A DNA stretch of 64,000 bases. It comes from an uncultured virus (IMG/VR IMGVR_UViG_3300022555_000012). Taxonomy: Duplodnaviria > Heunggongvirae > Uroviricota > Caudoviricetes. The notes beneath the pieces are model-generated. The model had not been told where the DNA came from. It saw only the letters and a program-made list of their open reading frames with translations, and searched no databases. The position numbers were made by a program, and so were the translations under genes. Location: the IMG/VR virus record IMGVR_UViG_3300022555_000012, one strand, 5' to 3'. Shown piece after piece: positions 1 to 9,463 of this stretch. Within the stretch, counting starts at the first letter, position 1, and each line of letters opens with the position of its first letter.

Positions 1-2
1 AC

Positions 3-203
3 ATTTCTTTTAACCTGGTCAACGGCACGATCCATCGCAATATTTCTACTGGATCGAGTGACAAGTCCCGATAAGGTTGGAACCTTATGGGTTTCACGAG
101 ATTTGCACTTGGGGCAAATCACAATCGGCTTCTCCGTCATGGAGTGCCGAATTTCAAAGACAAAATCGCATTTTTTACAGTTATAGTCGTAGGCTGGTAA
201 CAT
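3..203 (-). CDS. FmdB-like zinc-ribbon protein (partial, runs off window)
   Basis: Manual translation from ATG at 203: MLPAYDYNCKKCDFVFEIRHSMTEKPIVICPKCKS, a P-x-Y-D-Y-x-CxxC...CPxC pattern; not in the ORF track. Confidence 0.7.
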   Translation of the reverse strand, partial: MLPAYDYNCKKCDFVFEIRHSMTEKPIVICPKCKSRETHKVPTLSGLVTRSSRNIAMDRAVDQVKRN

Positions 204-230
204 ACAGCACTCGCATTTCTAAAAAAATTG

Positions 231-1106
231 TTAAGATAAACCCAAAACATACACCGCAACTTGCCGACGATACTCCCTATAAGTCACGGCATCAACTGCT
301 GACCCAATAAATCTTTTTACTGTCTGTAACTCCATATCTTGCTCTTTAACAAAGAAATCATAAATAAGCGGAAGGATATCGTTCTTCCATTGACCAAAGA
401 ACGTCTGATAGGTTGTTGAAAGTCCTTTCCGAACCATATTCGCATAAACATCATTCTTCATGTCAACTTGACCTGTCTGAACCGCCTCCAACCACTTGCT
501 GAAAATATCTTTCTTCACCGGGTTGTTTAATTTCGAAATAACGTAACTCTTCAGATCCCGGATAATCTCCCTGGCGTGACTCCAGTCAACACTCTGATTT
601 TGTCTCTCTTGGAGATTGTAAACATTCGTGTCCCGGTTCTCAGTTATCGTTTCTGGTGAAAGTCTTATTCTCTCCCGAACTTGTTGTGATACAGCATTCT
701 TAACCACTGAATTCCAAAATTTGAGATACCCGTCTCCACCACTTCCCACATCAAAGTGTCCTAATGCGTCATAAAGAGTATTCCCACCGGAAACCAGAGG
801 CTTTACGAACCTCATCAAAACAAACTGCTGGAAATCCTCAATCTCGTCCGGACTTAATCCACTTTTGCTTATATACCATTCCGTGACTTGTCGAAGTTGA
901 CTCCCAGGCCTATTACTTTTCGGATTTGACTTATCAAGTATTTGTTCGTATCCCGCCACCAATTTTTCAAAATTTGGAAGATCCGGATGTTCTCTCAACT
1001 TCGGAAGTATCTTTTCCTCGATAAACTTCCGAGCAAAGACACCAAGATCCCAGTCAGATAAACTGGAAACTATCGACTTTCGTATTGATGCCCAGATCGG
1101 AATCAT
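231..1106 (-). CDS. Sigma-70/ECF-like protein, paralog B (putative)
   Basis: Clear paralog of 1103..2065 (shared DMKNDVY, EYRRQVA); EIEDFQQFVLMRF...ALGHFDVGSG...YLKFWNSVVKNAVSQQVRE resembles sigma region 2. Confidence 0.45.
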   Translation of the reverse strand: MIPIWASIRKSIVSSLSDWDLGVFARKFIEEKILPKLREHPDLPNFEKLVAGYEQILDKSNPKSNRPGSQLRQVTEWYISKSGLSPDEIEDFQQFVLMRFVKPLVSGGNTLYDALGHFDVGSGGDGYLKFWNSVVKNAVSQQVRERIRLSPETITENRDTNVYNLQERQNQSVDWSHAREIIRDLKSYVISKLNNPVKKDIFSKWLEAVQTGQVDMKNDVYANMVRKGLSTTYQTFFGQWKNDILPLIYDFFVKEQDMELQTVKRFIGSAVDAVTYREYRRQVAVYVLGLS

Positions 1107-2065
1107 TCCCCGGCCTCAATCTGTGCCCGGAGAATTCCACCAATCATCCACTTCGCCACTTGCCGACGATATTCCACCTGAGTCACAGCCTCAATAATGT
1201 CCGACCCGACATACCTCCGAACAACCGCCGGGTCCATGTCCATCTCATCAACGAAAAACCTCACAATCGTAGGATACACATTCGCTCTCCATTGATCTGC
1301 GAATGACTGGTATGTGGTCGTCAAACCATCTTTGACCATTTCCTGATACACATCATTCTTCATGTCAATGTCATTGACAGCTCCCTTGTCCATCGCAAAT
1401 TCCAACCACCGATTAAACATATCCACAAACTTCGGATTGTGAAGTTTCGGCTTAACATAAACTCCCAAGTCTCGAAGCATTGGTGCAACCTTTGACTCAT
1501 CAAACGGTTCCGCATTCCCCGGAATCTGAGCAACAGGATCAAGCTCATCACCTTCCTCATTGTGCTTCAAATCAAAAGTCTTTTCCTTGTGCAGTCTCAA
1601 AGTCTCCCGAATACGCCAGGTCACACGCTTGTCCACCATACTCATCCAGAGCTTATTCAATGACAAAGGCCCACCCTCGATATGGAATGACTGACGAAGA
1701 TTGTCCATCATATCCTTACCACCCTCAACCAGGGGCTTTAAAAAGTCCATCGCCAACATCTGCATCAAATCTTCCATCTCATCATCACCCATCCCCGATC
1801 GCTGTGCCTTGCTCCTGATGATATTTGATGCCGTCTTGGTATAAATCTTTCCCTCTTGGCTCCGAGGATCGGCATACTTCTGATATTCATCAAGAAGTCC
1901 TGTCAATCGATTCTCTTCTTCCTCGGTCCTGGCCATCCCTAATTGATCTTTAAGTGTCGGAATGACATCCTTTTGAATGAACTGCTGGGCGATAATCCCA
2001 ATGTTCATCCTGTCCAAATCCACATAAGCCAACACATATCTTAAACTTGCCCAAAAATCTTTCAT
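1103..2065 (-). CDS. Sigma-70/ECF-like protein, paralog A (putative)
   Basis: EMEDLMQMLAMDF...SFHIEGG...LWMSMVDKRVTWRIRE resembles region 2; AAGGAG SD; ATGA overlap with paralog B. Confidence 0.45.
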   Translation of the reverse strand: MKDFWASLRYVLAYVDLDRMNIGIIAQQFIQKDVIPTLKDQLGMARTEEEENRLTGLLDEYQKYADPRSQEGKIYTKTASNIIRSKAQRSGMGDDEMEDLMQMLAMDFLKPLVEGGKDMMDNLRQSFHIEGGPLSLNKLWMSMVDKRVTWRIRETLRLHKEKTFDLKHNEEGDELDPVAQIPGNAEPFDESKVAPMLRDLGVYVKPKLHNPKFVDMFNRWLEFAMDKGAVNDIDMKNDVYQEMVKDGLTTTYQSFADQWRANVYPTIVRFFVDEMDMDPAVVRRYVGSDIIEAVTQVEYRRQVAKWMIGGILRAQIEAGE

Positions 2066-2095
2066 AAATCATCTCCTTATTACTCTCTCAATAGA

Positions 2096-2118
2096 GGGTA
2101 AAATATAAAGGAATACTT
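2096..2118 (-). promoter_or_regulatory. Candidate late promoter, copy 1 (AAGTATTCCTTTATATTTTACCC)
   Basis: CTTTATATTTTACCC identical to 11303-11317; sits upstream of an operon start. Confidence 0.55.
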
Positions 2119-2566
2119 ACTGTATCGGAGTCCAGTAATGTGCCAGAAAAAGATGCCCAGGCCCCCTGAAATGTGCCGCTTTTAACTGTTCCACTTCAAC
2201 ATCTGTAATCTCATCAGCTAAAATCACCCCCGGAGTCATCCCCCGAAGATGTTTGCATGCCTCCATAATACTCATAAAAATCACATTGTCATCTGCATTA
2301 TGATCAAACTTCGCCATGTCCCCCATATCCTTATTCGGCGTAATAAAATAGACCATATGCCCAACCTTGACCAACTCATTCGCAATTCCAACCAACTCTC
2401 TTGTTTTCCCAGTCTGTCTGCCCCTCTTCTGCGACAATCCCTCCCAAACTTCAAGGGGATGCAATATCCTCCACTCACAAGTTTTCGGGACATTCCGTTC
2501 CGAAGGCGAACACTTCTGACAGTTGTTCCTGGCACATACCAATATCTTCCTGGGTATCATACTCAT
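2117..2566 (-). CDS. Small P-loop protein (degenerate terminase/helicase ATPase-like)
   Basis: RGRQTGKT Walker A and VILADE Walker B; start reassigned to ATG 2566. Confidence 0.5.
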   Translation of the reverse strand: MSMIPRKILVCARNNCQKCSPSERNVPKTCEWRILHPLEVWEGLSQKRGRQTGKTRELVGIANELVKVGHMVYFITPNKDMGDMAKFDHNADDNVIFMSIMEACKHLRGMTPGVILADEITDVEVEQLKAAHFRGPGHLFLAHYWTPIQ

Positions 2567-2716
2567 TTCTCTTCCCGGACACACGGATCTTGCTGTCCCT
2601 CGTCCCACAAAACGATACAACCCTGTCTTTTGGCTCTCCTCGCCTTCTCCACTGGATGATTTGGCAATAAAAATGTCGGACAAAGAACAACTTCGAATGT
2701 AGGTACTAAAACTTCT

Positions 2717-4078
2717 TCAGCCAAGGAGAATGTCTCTCCAGGTTCTTGCGACCGTTTTAATGTTACACTCATTTCGGACTTGCTGTCTTGCATTCTCAAC
2801 CATCCTCTTCTTGATCTCCCCGTCCTCAAGACACTTCTCAATCGCCTCATACCACCCTTCCGGCGTCGAACATAGGAATCCTGTCTCACCATGCTGAATT
2901 GAACCTGAATAAGCCTCAACATCCGAAGCCACTGTCGGCATCCCAATCATCGTGTTCTCCATCCACTTGATATTCGACTTTGACGCATTGAATACCGTAT
3001 CCCTCAACGGTGCCAAACCAACATCTGCCCGAACATGCTTCACCATCCTGAAGTATGCCTCCGGGTCCATTGGACCCAGGTATTCGATCCGACCCTTCCA
3101 ATGAGCCATCTCCGCACAGTTTTGAATACAAGTCGGCAAGAACCCGAGAATGACCATCCGAATGTCATCCCGAGACATCATAATGTGATCCACCGCCTCG
3201 AAACACTCATTCCAGTCCTCATTATGTGTGTTGCTTCCCTGCCAGAAGATCCTCTTCCACCCATCCGGACTACCCGTCACAGGCGTCGGCAACCAACCGT
3301 CATCCGGATCAATAGCATTCCGAATGACCACCGGATACTTCTCCAACATTGACCCCAACTTGGCCTGTAATGCACTTGTTGACACCGTAACAACATCTGC
3401 CACCTTCATACATTCCAAGGCCGCCATCTGCTCATTACGACCAATCGCCCTGAATGCCGGATTCTCCACCGGAATCGAAAAGATATCATCATCCAAGTCA
3501 TAAATTACCCGGCGACCTGCCTCTTTAAGCCGGCGGAGTATTTCGAACGAGTCCCAATTATGCACCCGTTGAACCAAAATCGTCTCATATTCAAGAAGAC
3601 TGTTGAAGTCCAGTCCTGCCCCTGTGACATCAATGTATACCCCTGTGCGGTCCATATATCTCGAAGGCAGAACCATTCTCCAATATCCGCATCCTCCCTG
3701 GTCCTTGAGCATCACAATGCCCTTCTTGCCAGCCCTGGTATCCGTCATCGCTTCCAGAATTTGAGCCGCCCTGTCACGAATCACCAGGATCTGATGAGCC
3801 GGAATGATCTTGTCCAGTTTCAAGTCAAGTATGACCTGATCCCCAACTGCTTTCACGATGGAATAATCCGGGGGAGCCAACAATGTTTTTCCATAAACGT
3901 CCTCAAGGGAAAATACATCTTTCCGACCGTGCCAGGGATGAACCACATTGGCTCCCATCACATACCTTGCAATGTGGGTAGGAAGTTGCTTCTGCATCTG
4001 TTTTACAGGCAATACCGACACAACATCATTATTTGTCACTGAACCTTGTTTCTGCTTCATATTATTTCCTTCTTCCAT
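2717..4078 (-). CDS. GT-B (GT4-like) glycosyltransferase
   Basis: GCGYWRM, IYDLDDD, ADVVTVST, WQGSNTH, DVGLAPL..FNASKSNIKWME, PTVASDV. Confidence 0.85.
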   Translation of the reverse strand: MEEGNNMKQKQGSVTNNDVVSVLPVKQMQKQLPTHIARYVMGANVVHPWHGRKDVFSLEDVYGKTLLAPPDYSIVKAVGDQVILDLKLDKIIPAHQILVIRDRAAQILEAMTDTRAGKKGIVMLKDQGGCGYWRMVLPSRYMDRTGVYIDVTGAGLDFNSLLEYETILVQRVHNWDSFEILRRLKEAGRRVIYDLDDDIFSIPVENPAFRAIGRNEQMAALECMKVADVVTVSTSALQAKLGSMLEKYPVVIRNAIDPDDGWLPTPVTGSPDGWKRIFWQGSNTHNEDWNECFEAVDHIMMSRDDIRMVILGFLPTCIQNCAEMAHWKGRIEYLGPMDPEAYFRMVKHVRADVGLAPLRDTVFNASKSNIKWMENTMIGMPTVASDVEAYSGSIQHGETGFLCSTPEGWYEAIEKCLEDGEIKKRMVENARQQVRNECNIKTVARTWRDILLG

Positions 4079-4085
4079 TCTACTC

Positions 4086-4661
4086 TCAAATCAGAGATCC
4101 AAGTGAATCCGGCTCATCTTCTTCAAATTGCATTAAAATCGGCTCACCCGTCTCCGGACAAGAAGCCCAATGTGTCCAATTCTCACATTTGTTTCGCAAT
4201 TCCTTAAATTCTGTCTTGTGAGTCCCCCCACACCTGGCACAATCATTCACCATCAACTGCGTTGTCTTAATTTCACTCTCATACTCGTCAACGATTCCCT
4301 GGGTCAATACCCGGCCAGTATCCTTCTCAACTGATACCACTCGGTCATCCCAAATCTGCTTCATGTTGGGTGACTTCTCACACGTAATCTCAAGCTCTTG
4401 ACCAAAGAGTTCCATGCAATATTTGCGAATAGCACCCTTGGTAATCTCAACCTGTTCTTCATGCTTCGGATGAACCCTTGCCGTGAAAATGACAACCTTC
4501 TTCCCCTCTGCAAGCCATTTCTTAACCCGGTTGACCATAGGCCATATGGGCTCACCAATCTTCAATGGATCATAATCGGTAATCTCAATACCATACCACT
4601 TTGCCAAAGTCCCATCTAAATCTACCGCGATTTCCTCAGATATTTCAGTCAACATATTCAA
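4086..4661 (-). CDS. HAD-family phosphatase (PNKP phosphatase-like)
   Basis: IAVDLDGTLA, IFTAR, K, WDDR HAD motifs. Confidence 0.75.
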   Translation of the reverse strand: MNMLTEISEEIAVDLDGTLAKWYGIEITDYDPLKIGEPIWPMVNRVKKWLAEGKKVVIFTARVHPKHEEQVEITKGAIRKYCMELFGQELEITCEKSPNMKQIWDDRVVSVEKDTGRVLTQGIVDEYESEIKTTQLMVNDCARCGGTHKTEFKELRNKCENWTHWASCPETGEPILMQFEEDEPDSLGSLI

Positions 4662-4665
4662 CCCC

Positions 4666-4950
4666 TTAACCCTGACGATTTTGCAACGACTTGATCGCCC
4701 GTTTCAACACGAGATACCCAATCAAATCCAGTTCAACATCTTCTCCGGCTGCCGATCCCCTGGCCAACCTCGACAACTTATCATCCATCCTTACATTAAT
4801 CTGTTCCAACACATCAGCCCTTGAGAAGATACGAATCGGTTCCGCGACACTGTTCCCATAGGCCGCATTCTTCATGAGAAGCAGGTCACGAATTTCCTCC
4901 GTGACTTTGACTATCTCCGTTGCCACTGACTTGATGTCGTTCATAACCAC
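4666..4950 (-). CDS. DUF1599-like nucleotide-modification-associated protein
   Basis: KNAAYGNS...RMDDKLSRL...EDVELDLIGY. Confidence 0.7.
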   Translation of the reverse strand: MVMNDIKSVATEIVKVTEEIRDLLLMKNAAYGNSVAEPIRIFSRADVLEQINVRMDDKLSRLARGSAAGEDVELDLIGYLVLKRAIKSLQNRQG

Positions 4951-5792
4951 CCAATCTCAATCATTGCCAACCGATGTAAGTCCCCATCCTCTCCCTGATA
5001 CTCGGCCGTCCTGAACTGAATCCCGGCCCGAACTGTGAATTTATACACGGTTATACCTATTCCGGTGTATAAATCACCAACCCATGTCTCCCCATCAAGA
5101 TTGAACCGATTGTCATCCACAAGGACATTATAGGCCACTCCTCGACCTTCTACCCCGCTGTAAAGATAACATCTGTAATTCACCGGCTTCGGTTTCAATG
5201 CTTTTAAATTGATCCCCGGTAATGTTGTCGTCTTTGGAACATTCAGCCCCAGATAGGCCATCGTTCCCACAAATGCGTAATCCTGGACATTACCGAACGC
5301 TGCCCCGGTATAAGGCTGAATGTCGAACCAGGACGCAATATTAGGCTCCCAGGTGTGTCGATACAAAGCATTCAAAGCCACCGGCCTCTCAATCTGATTA
5401 TTCCATCCTTCAGGCACATGCAGTCCTCTCGACTCGTGAATCATCCTCTGAGATTGCTCTGCCCCACTCGCCGATCCAATTGTCCCTGGGAGAATCTGTA
5501 TCATATCCGCACTACTCTTGTGGTAGTAATCCTTCTCCAGGACAAGAGCCAACCAACCGGCATAAGGATGGTCATATGGCTGTAAAGCCGTCTGCCTCGT
5601 GTCATGCGGTGTATACATCGACTGAAACAGTCCAACACCCCAATCTGCCTCGGTATACATAACCTGGGTCCCGTGACTGAAGTCCTGATCCGTATTGAAG
5701 AAACAGTCGTTCTCCATACTCACGGTCACACCCGCACGAGCGACTCCCGCACACAACGCCATCAACGCAAACAGAATTATTCTGATTTTCAT
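4941..5792 (-). CDS. LpxR-family (DUF2219) lipid A deacylase-like outer-membrane beta-barrel
   Basis: Signal peptide from ATG 5792; ENDCFF.TDQDFSHG, QSMYTP, DHPYAGWL, GAEQSQRMIH, GWNNQI. Confidence 0.75.
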   Translation of the reverse strand: MKIRIILFALMALCAGVARAGVTVSMENDCFFNTDQDFSHGTQVMYTEADWGVGLFQSMYTPHDTRQTALQPYDHPYAGWLALVLEKDYYHKSSADMIQILPGTIGSASGAEQSQRMIHESRGLHVPEGWNNQIERPVALNALYRHTWEPNIASWFDIQPYTGAAFGNVQDYAFVGTMAYLGLNVPKTTTLPGINLKALKPKPVNYRCYLYSGVEGRGVAYNVLVDDNRFNLDGETWVGDLYTGIGITVYKFTVRAGIQFRTAEYQGEDGDLHRLAMIEIGWL

Positions 5793-6277
5793 ATCGTTAC
5801 TCCAATTCCACCCAATCTCAACCTCTCTGATTCTGATTCCGCAAACAAGCCTCGAACTTCCTGATCCAACGTCTTGAAATCCGGCAGCCGTATGTGCCTC
5901 CACTCCGACTTTCCCGTGTGGATGAACCCTATTTTACGAGCCTTTGGGTCATCGTGTCTCGTCCATCCATTCTTCGGGTTAAGACACTCTTTCATCATTT
6001 CTTCAGCGGTTTCCTTGCCGCTCCACATATTCACATAATTCTTGATCTTCTCCCGGAATCTCCAACAGAAATATATGGAAGGCTCATCGTCTGCAATCCC
6101 GTTCACGAAAGCTAAATATCCTCTTAGACCCTCTAAGGGATCATCACAGGGAAGTATTTCCATAGTCGGGAAATCTCCCTCCCGACTCATCTTCTTCCTG
6201 GCCTCAGTCAAAAAGTTGACCATAGCCACACACGCCTTCTCATCCAGCATTACCGCCTGTTGTTCAATTCCGTTCAT
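5789..6277 (-). CDS. Hypothetical protein
   Basis: ORF in operon, ATGA overlap with the next gene. Confidence 0.6.
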   Translation of the reverse strand: MNGIEQQAVMLDEKACVAMVNFLTEARKKMSREGDFPTMEILPCDDPLEGLRGYLAFVNGIADDEPSIYFCWRFREKIKNYVNMWSGKETAEEMMKECLNPKNGWTRHDDPKARKIGFIHTGKSEWRHIRLPDFKTLDQEVRGLFAESESERLRLGGIGVTI

Positions 6278-6816
6278 GATTAATCCTCGCATTAGAGATT
6301 TTTATCGCCACTTCATCCATATCAATACCAACATAACCACAGCCCTCAAGAATACAAGCCACAATGGTCGTCCATTAGGCAGCCTTACTAAATCTTTTTC
6401 GGATTTTAGCGATCGCACTTGGTGTAATATCATCACCTATTGAATCCAAAATCGCCTTATTCTTCCTCTTCCTATCAAACCATCCATTGCTTAGAAGTGT
6501 TGCAACACAACTCTCGAAAGAATCTAATTGATCTTGATATGCCCTATGTACTTCCTTTCCTCCCGGAACCATAGGACCCCAGTTCGCGGCACTAAGTTGT
6601 GTATTTCCTCTGATTAAAATAAGGAGGACTTGTAACAACAAGGTCAAATATTCCTGATGGTAAACTCTTTAAAATCTTTAAAGAATCTCCACAAATTAAA
6701 CTGTCAACAGGTTTAACTGAATAATCATCTTCCTCGATCTTTCGACCTTCCACCCACTTCTGAATCTTTTTAAGAGTTTTGTCAGGCATATCATACTTTC
6801 TTAAGAAAGGTTCCAA
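6264..6816 (-). pseudogene. Disrupted beta-class N4/N6 DNA methyltransferase
   Basis: N-terminal piece ICGDSL...DLVVTSPPY stops at 6592; C-terminal piece TTIVACILEGCGYVGIDMD...ARI at 6264-6374; unrelated sequence between. Confidence 0.7.
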
Positions 6817-6846
6817 TCATAGGTAAAAACGACAAAACCGGCAATG

Positions 6847-7137
6847 TTACTTGCCGGTCGCCATCTTGTTGACTCGAAGATATCCCAGAATGTGATTCGT
6901 GTCCGTCCGAACTTCCCCATCATTACAGACCAAAACTGGCATCTTCTGCCCCTTCAATCCGAAATGCTCTAACATATCTACCGATGCCTCGTTGGATAAT
7001 GCTGAGAAAACAAACAACTTCTGATCCGCCGGACCCCTGAAGTCGTCCCGAGTTACAGCCTGCATATCAATCTCAGCCCTGATAACTCCACAATGTGGAC
7101 AATCCTTCTCCAAAAACAAACGATCAATCTTTTCCAT
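6847..7137 (-). CDS. Glutaredoxin/thioredoxin-like protein
   Basis: CPHC and MPVLV cis-Pro motif. Confidence 0.65.
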   Translation of the reverse strand: MEKIDRLFLEKDCPHCGVIRAEIDMQAVTRDDFRGPADQKLFVFSALSNEASVDMLEHFGLKGQKMPVLVCNDGEVRTDTNHILGYLRVNKMATGK

Positions 7138-7179
7138 CTTTTACCTCATATTCCCGGAGTGTTACCCCGATCCATTATA

Positions 7180-8100
7180 CTACTTCAACGCTGGTCCATT
7201 ACGAAAATAATCTCTCACATCACCGTATTCCACCCATTGCGGGTCTTGCTGTGCCGTATCCATCAACGCCCTTCCCTGGTCAAACCACGACCTCCAAGTT
7301 AAATTGGACATCGTGTCCTGCACCAGAAGAAGATCCTGGCTCCAAGATCCTCCTGAAGATCCCCCATACGAATACGATGCCTCACGACATCCAGCAAACT
7401 GTATCAAAGGACCATTCCAAACCGAAACTACTTTCACGGTTTTTAAATTGGATGTTGAATGCTTAGTCCGAATCAAAGCCTGCACCGGCTTCCTCTTGGA
7501 TAAACCCAATGTGGCAATCTTCTTCGTCGCATTCCAAATCGTCTTGAAATTGCCCTCGCTATGGCATTGGTCATTGATCATCACGACCCGAACACCAATC
7601 GGTAATTCCTGCAACATCTTTAGAATCTCGTCATCCACAACCTCTCCATCCCACATGCAGAGCGTTGAATCCTTGCCAGAAGGTTCATCTCCTGAAACAT
7701 CATCTTTTTGACCACCGTGCCCGGAATACACAAGAACCAATAAGTCCCCTGAATGGAGTTTCTTACCTAACCTCAAAGTCTCGGAACGAACCACTGACCA
7801 GGTCGCAGAACCATTCATCATCATCTTGGCCGTGAATCCATTCTGTGAAAACAAATCAAAGAAACCTTTGGTGTCCCAATCACATCCCGGACAGTCACCT
7901 TCCCACCCCTGATACCAGAACGGATCAACACTCGTCCATCCAACACATAGAGCCACCCTGTTTGAAGCCCCTACCACCTGATCGATCTCGGGAATTTGAT
8001 ATCCTGGAGTCGGTGTTGATTGACATCCTGTAAAGAATACCATAGCAATGAACCAGCCCACCAATACCAACAGATTGATTTTCAACAGATTCTTTCTCAT
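7180..8100 (-). CDS. Caspase-like (C14/metacaspase) protease, predicted lipoprotein
   Basis: Lipobox FTGC; YSGHGGQ and NDQCHS dyad; D.SGDE..G.D; LIQFAGCRE. Confidence 0.8.
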   Translation of the reverse strand: MRKNLLKINLLVLVGWFIAMVFFTGCQSTPTPGYQIPEIDQVVGASNRVALCVGWTSVDPFWYQGWEGDCPGCDWDTKGFFDLFSQNGFTAKMMMNGSATWSVVRSETLRLGKKLHSGDLLVLVYSGHGGQKDDVSGDEPSGKDSTLCMWDGEVVDDEILKMLQELPIGVRVVMINDQCHSEGNFKTIWNATKKIATLGLSKRKPVQALIRTKHSTSNLKTVKVVSVWNGPLIQFAGCREASYSYGGSSGGSWSQDLLLVQDTMSNLTWRSWFDQGRALMDTAQQDPQWVEYGDVRDYFRNGPALK

Positions 8101-8101
8101 A

Positions 8102-8302
8102 TCAAGACCCCTTAATTATTTTGTCTAAACACTTGGAAGTACAGACACCAGATTCTGCCGGGAGAACTCCCTTTTTCTGGCATCGAACATAAGCTATCGT
8201 CATCAACCGACCTCCACAACAGGTCTTTTGTTCCATCCGGTCTATCCCTCCCCAGAAAGAACACTCGGTGTTCCCGAGATAAACTCCCTTTTCATCTCTC
8301 AA
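8102..8302 (-). CDS. Small Cys-rich hypothetical protein
   Basis: ORF in operon. Confidence 0.5.
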   Translation of the reverse strand: MRDEKGVYLGNTECSFWGGIDRMEQKTCCGGRLMTIAYVRCQKKGVLPAESGVCTSKCLDKIIKGS

Positions 8303-8496
8303 TGTGTCTGCCCTCTTAATTTCTGGGCTTCTTTTCCAATAAAATATGCCATCCTCGGCTCAAATAATGAGAGATCTCTCGCAACTATTCTTAACTCCTC
8401 AGAAGCATCAAGCAAATCCTTAACACGAGTGGCATCAGCAATAGATCCCTCACTCTCCGTAGGCCCAATAATCGTTCCCTCATCCGATGACTTCAT
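8299..8496 (-). CDS. Small protein with internal leader-type motif
   Basis: ASEELRIVARDLS. Confidence 0.55.
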   Translation of the reverse strand: MKSSDEGTIIGPTESEGSIADATRVKDLLDASEELRIVARDLSLFEPRMAYFIGKEAQKLRGQTH

Positions 8497-8499
8497 AAA

Positions 8500-8733
8500 T
8501 CAGCCCAATTCTCTCATTGCCTCATTGAGATTATGATTCAGTATTTCAAGAGCTTCCACGAAACTCCGATCCATTGGTTTCGTTCTCTGACGATTCTGAT
8601 GCTTGACCAACTGCTTTGCCAAATCTCTCAACTTCTTGGTCGTCTCAGACATCTTGGCGTCATAGTCCATATTGAGGTCTTTTGACCTCAACTCCTTGGC
8701 TATGACCAATAATTCCTGAGAGAAATCTCTCAT
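8500..8733 (-). CDS. Small protein with shared leader motif
   Basis: Start reassigned to 8733: MRDFSQELLVIAKELRS. Confidence 0.65.
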   Translation of the reverse strand: MRDFSQELLVIAKELRSKDLNMDYDAKMSETTKKLRDLAKQLVKHQNRQRTKPMDRSFVEALEILNHNLNEAMRELG

Positions 8734-8737
8734 CGGA

Positions 8738-9115
8738 TTAAACCTCAGTGACTTCGTAACCCTTTCGTTGCTTCTCGTAGACCTTTCCCTGAACGGCACT
8801 CATCACATTCCGATCTGATCCACGAGCAACTTCTATCGCCTTCGGATTGTAATCAATACGACCATAGGCATTCCCACCAACGCAAGTCCCGTCCTTCTGC
8901 TTGAACACTCCGAAATAATGGAACTTATTGCTCCCACCTTCCTGGAAAGTCAAAAACAGCTCATAGATCTGTTTCGCCGATGAATCCACATTCAACGCAA
9001 GCATCAACGTCTGCTTCGCCCACCGGGTTGTGTGACTACTCGGATCAACCGTCTCCATGGGCATCGCCACAAGTGACTTCGCAATTGACAATAATTCCTG
9101 TGCTACTCTTTTCAT
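8738..9115 (-). CDS. WGR-domain protein with shared leader motif
   Basis: MKRVAQELLSIAKSLVA; GGSNKFHY...AYGRI...KQRKGY. Confidence 0.7.
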   Translation of the reverse strand: MKRVAQELLSIAKSLVAMPMETVDPSSHTTRWAKQTLMLALNVDSSAKQIYELFLTFQEGGSNKFHYFGVFKQKDGTCVGGNAYGRIDYNPKAIEVARGSDRNVMSAVQGKVYEKQRKGYEVTEV

Positions 9116-9127
9116 TTTTTGTTCTCC

Positions 9128-9463
9128 TTACTTGACAACCTTATTGTAAAATTTTCCAGTCCTCTTCAATTCAGCATCCAAAATTCCAAAATTCCCGCCA
9201 CAATCCTGAAAAGCCGTTATAACATCGCCTTCTCCTTGTAATCCTAATTCTAAAACCGCATGGCGAATATTAATTAATCGGAAATCTTCACTTCCATGTG
9301 AACCACGAACATATATCCCATTATGTGTTATAATAAACGACTTACCATTATGAAATGTTGGAACAAATTGAGTTCCACCTCTTAAATCAGATAAGGTGGC
9401 ATCTCCCCAATCTGCCATCAAGTCCTTGGCAATCATTAATAAGTCTGAAGCCATTCTCTTCAT
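9128..9463 (-). CDS. Hypothetical protein with shared leader motif
   Basis: MKRMASDLLMIAKDLMA; ATGA-type overlap. Confidence 0.65.
   Translation of the reverse strand: MKRMASDLLMIAKDLMADWGDATLSDLRGGTQFVPTFHNGKSFIITHNGIYVRGSHGSEDFRLINIRHAVLELGLQGEGDVITAFQDCGGNFGILDAELKRTGKFYNKVVK

Noticed and set aside
2117..2566. Terminase large subunit
   Set aside because: Only about 150 aa, with no nuclease domain
6540..6600. TAG read-through or stop-codon reassignment
   Set aside because: Reading through does not restore MTase sequence, and long genes such as dnaE and recA are intact in the standard code
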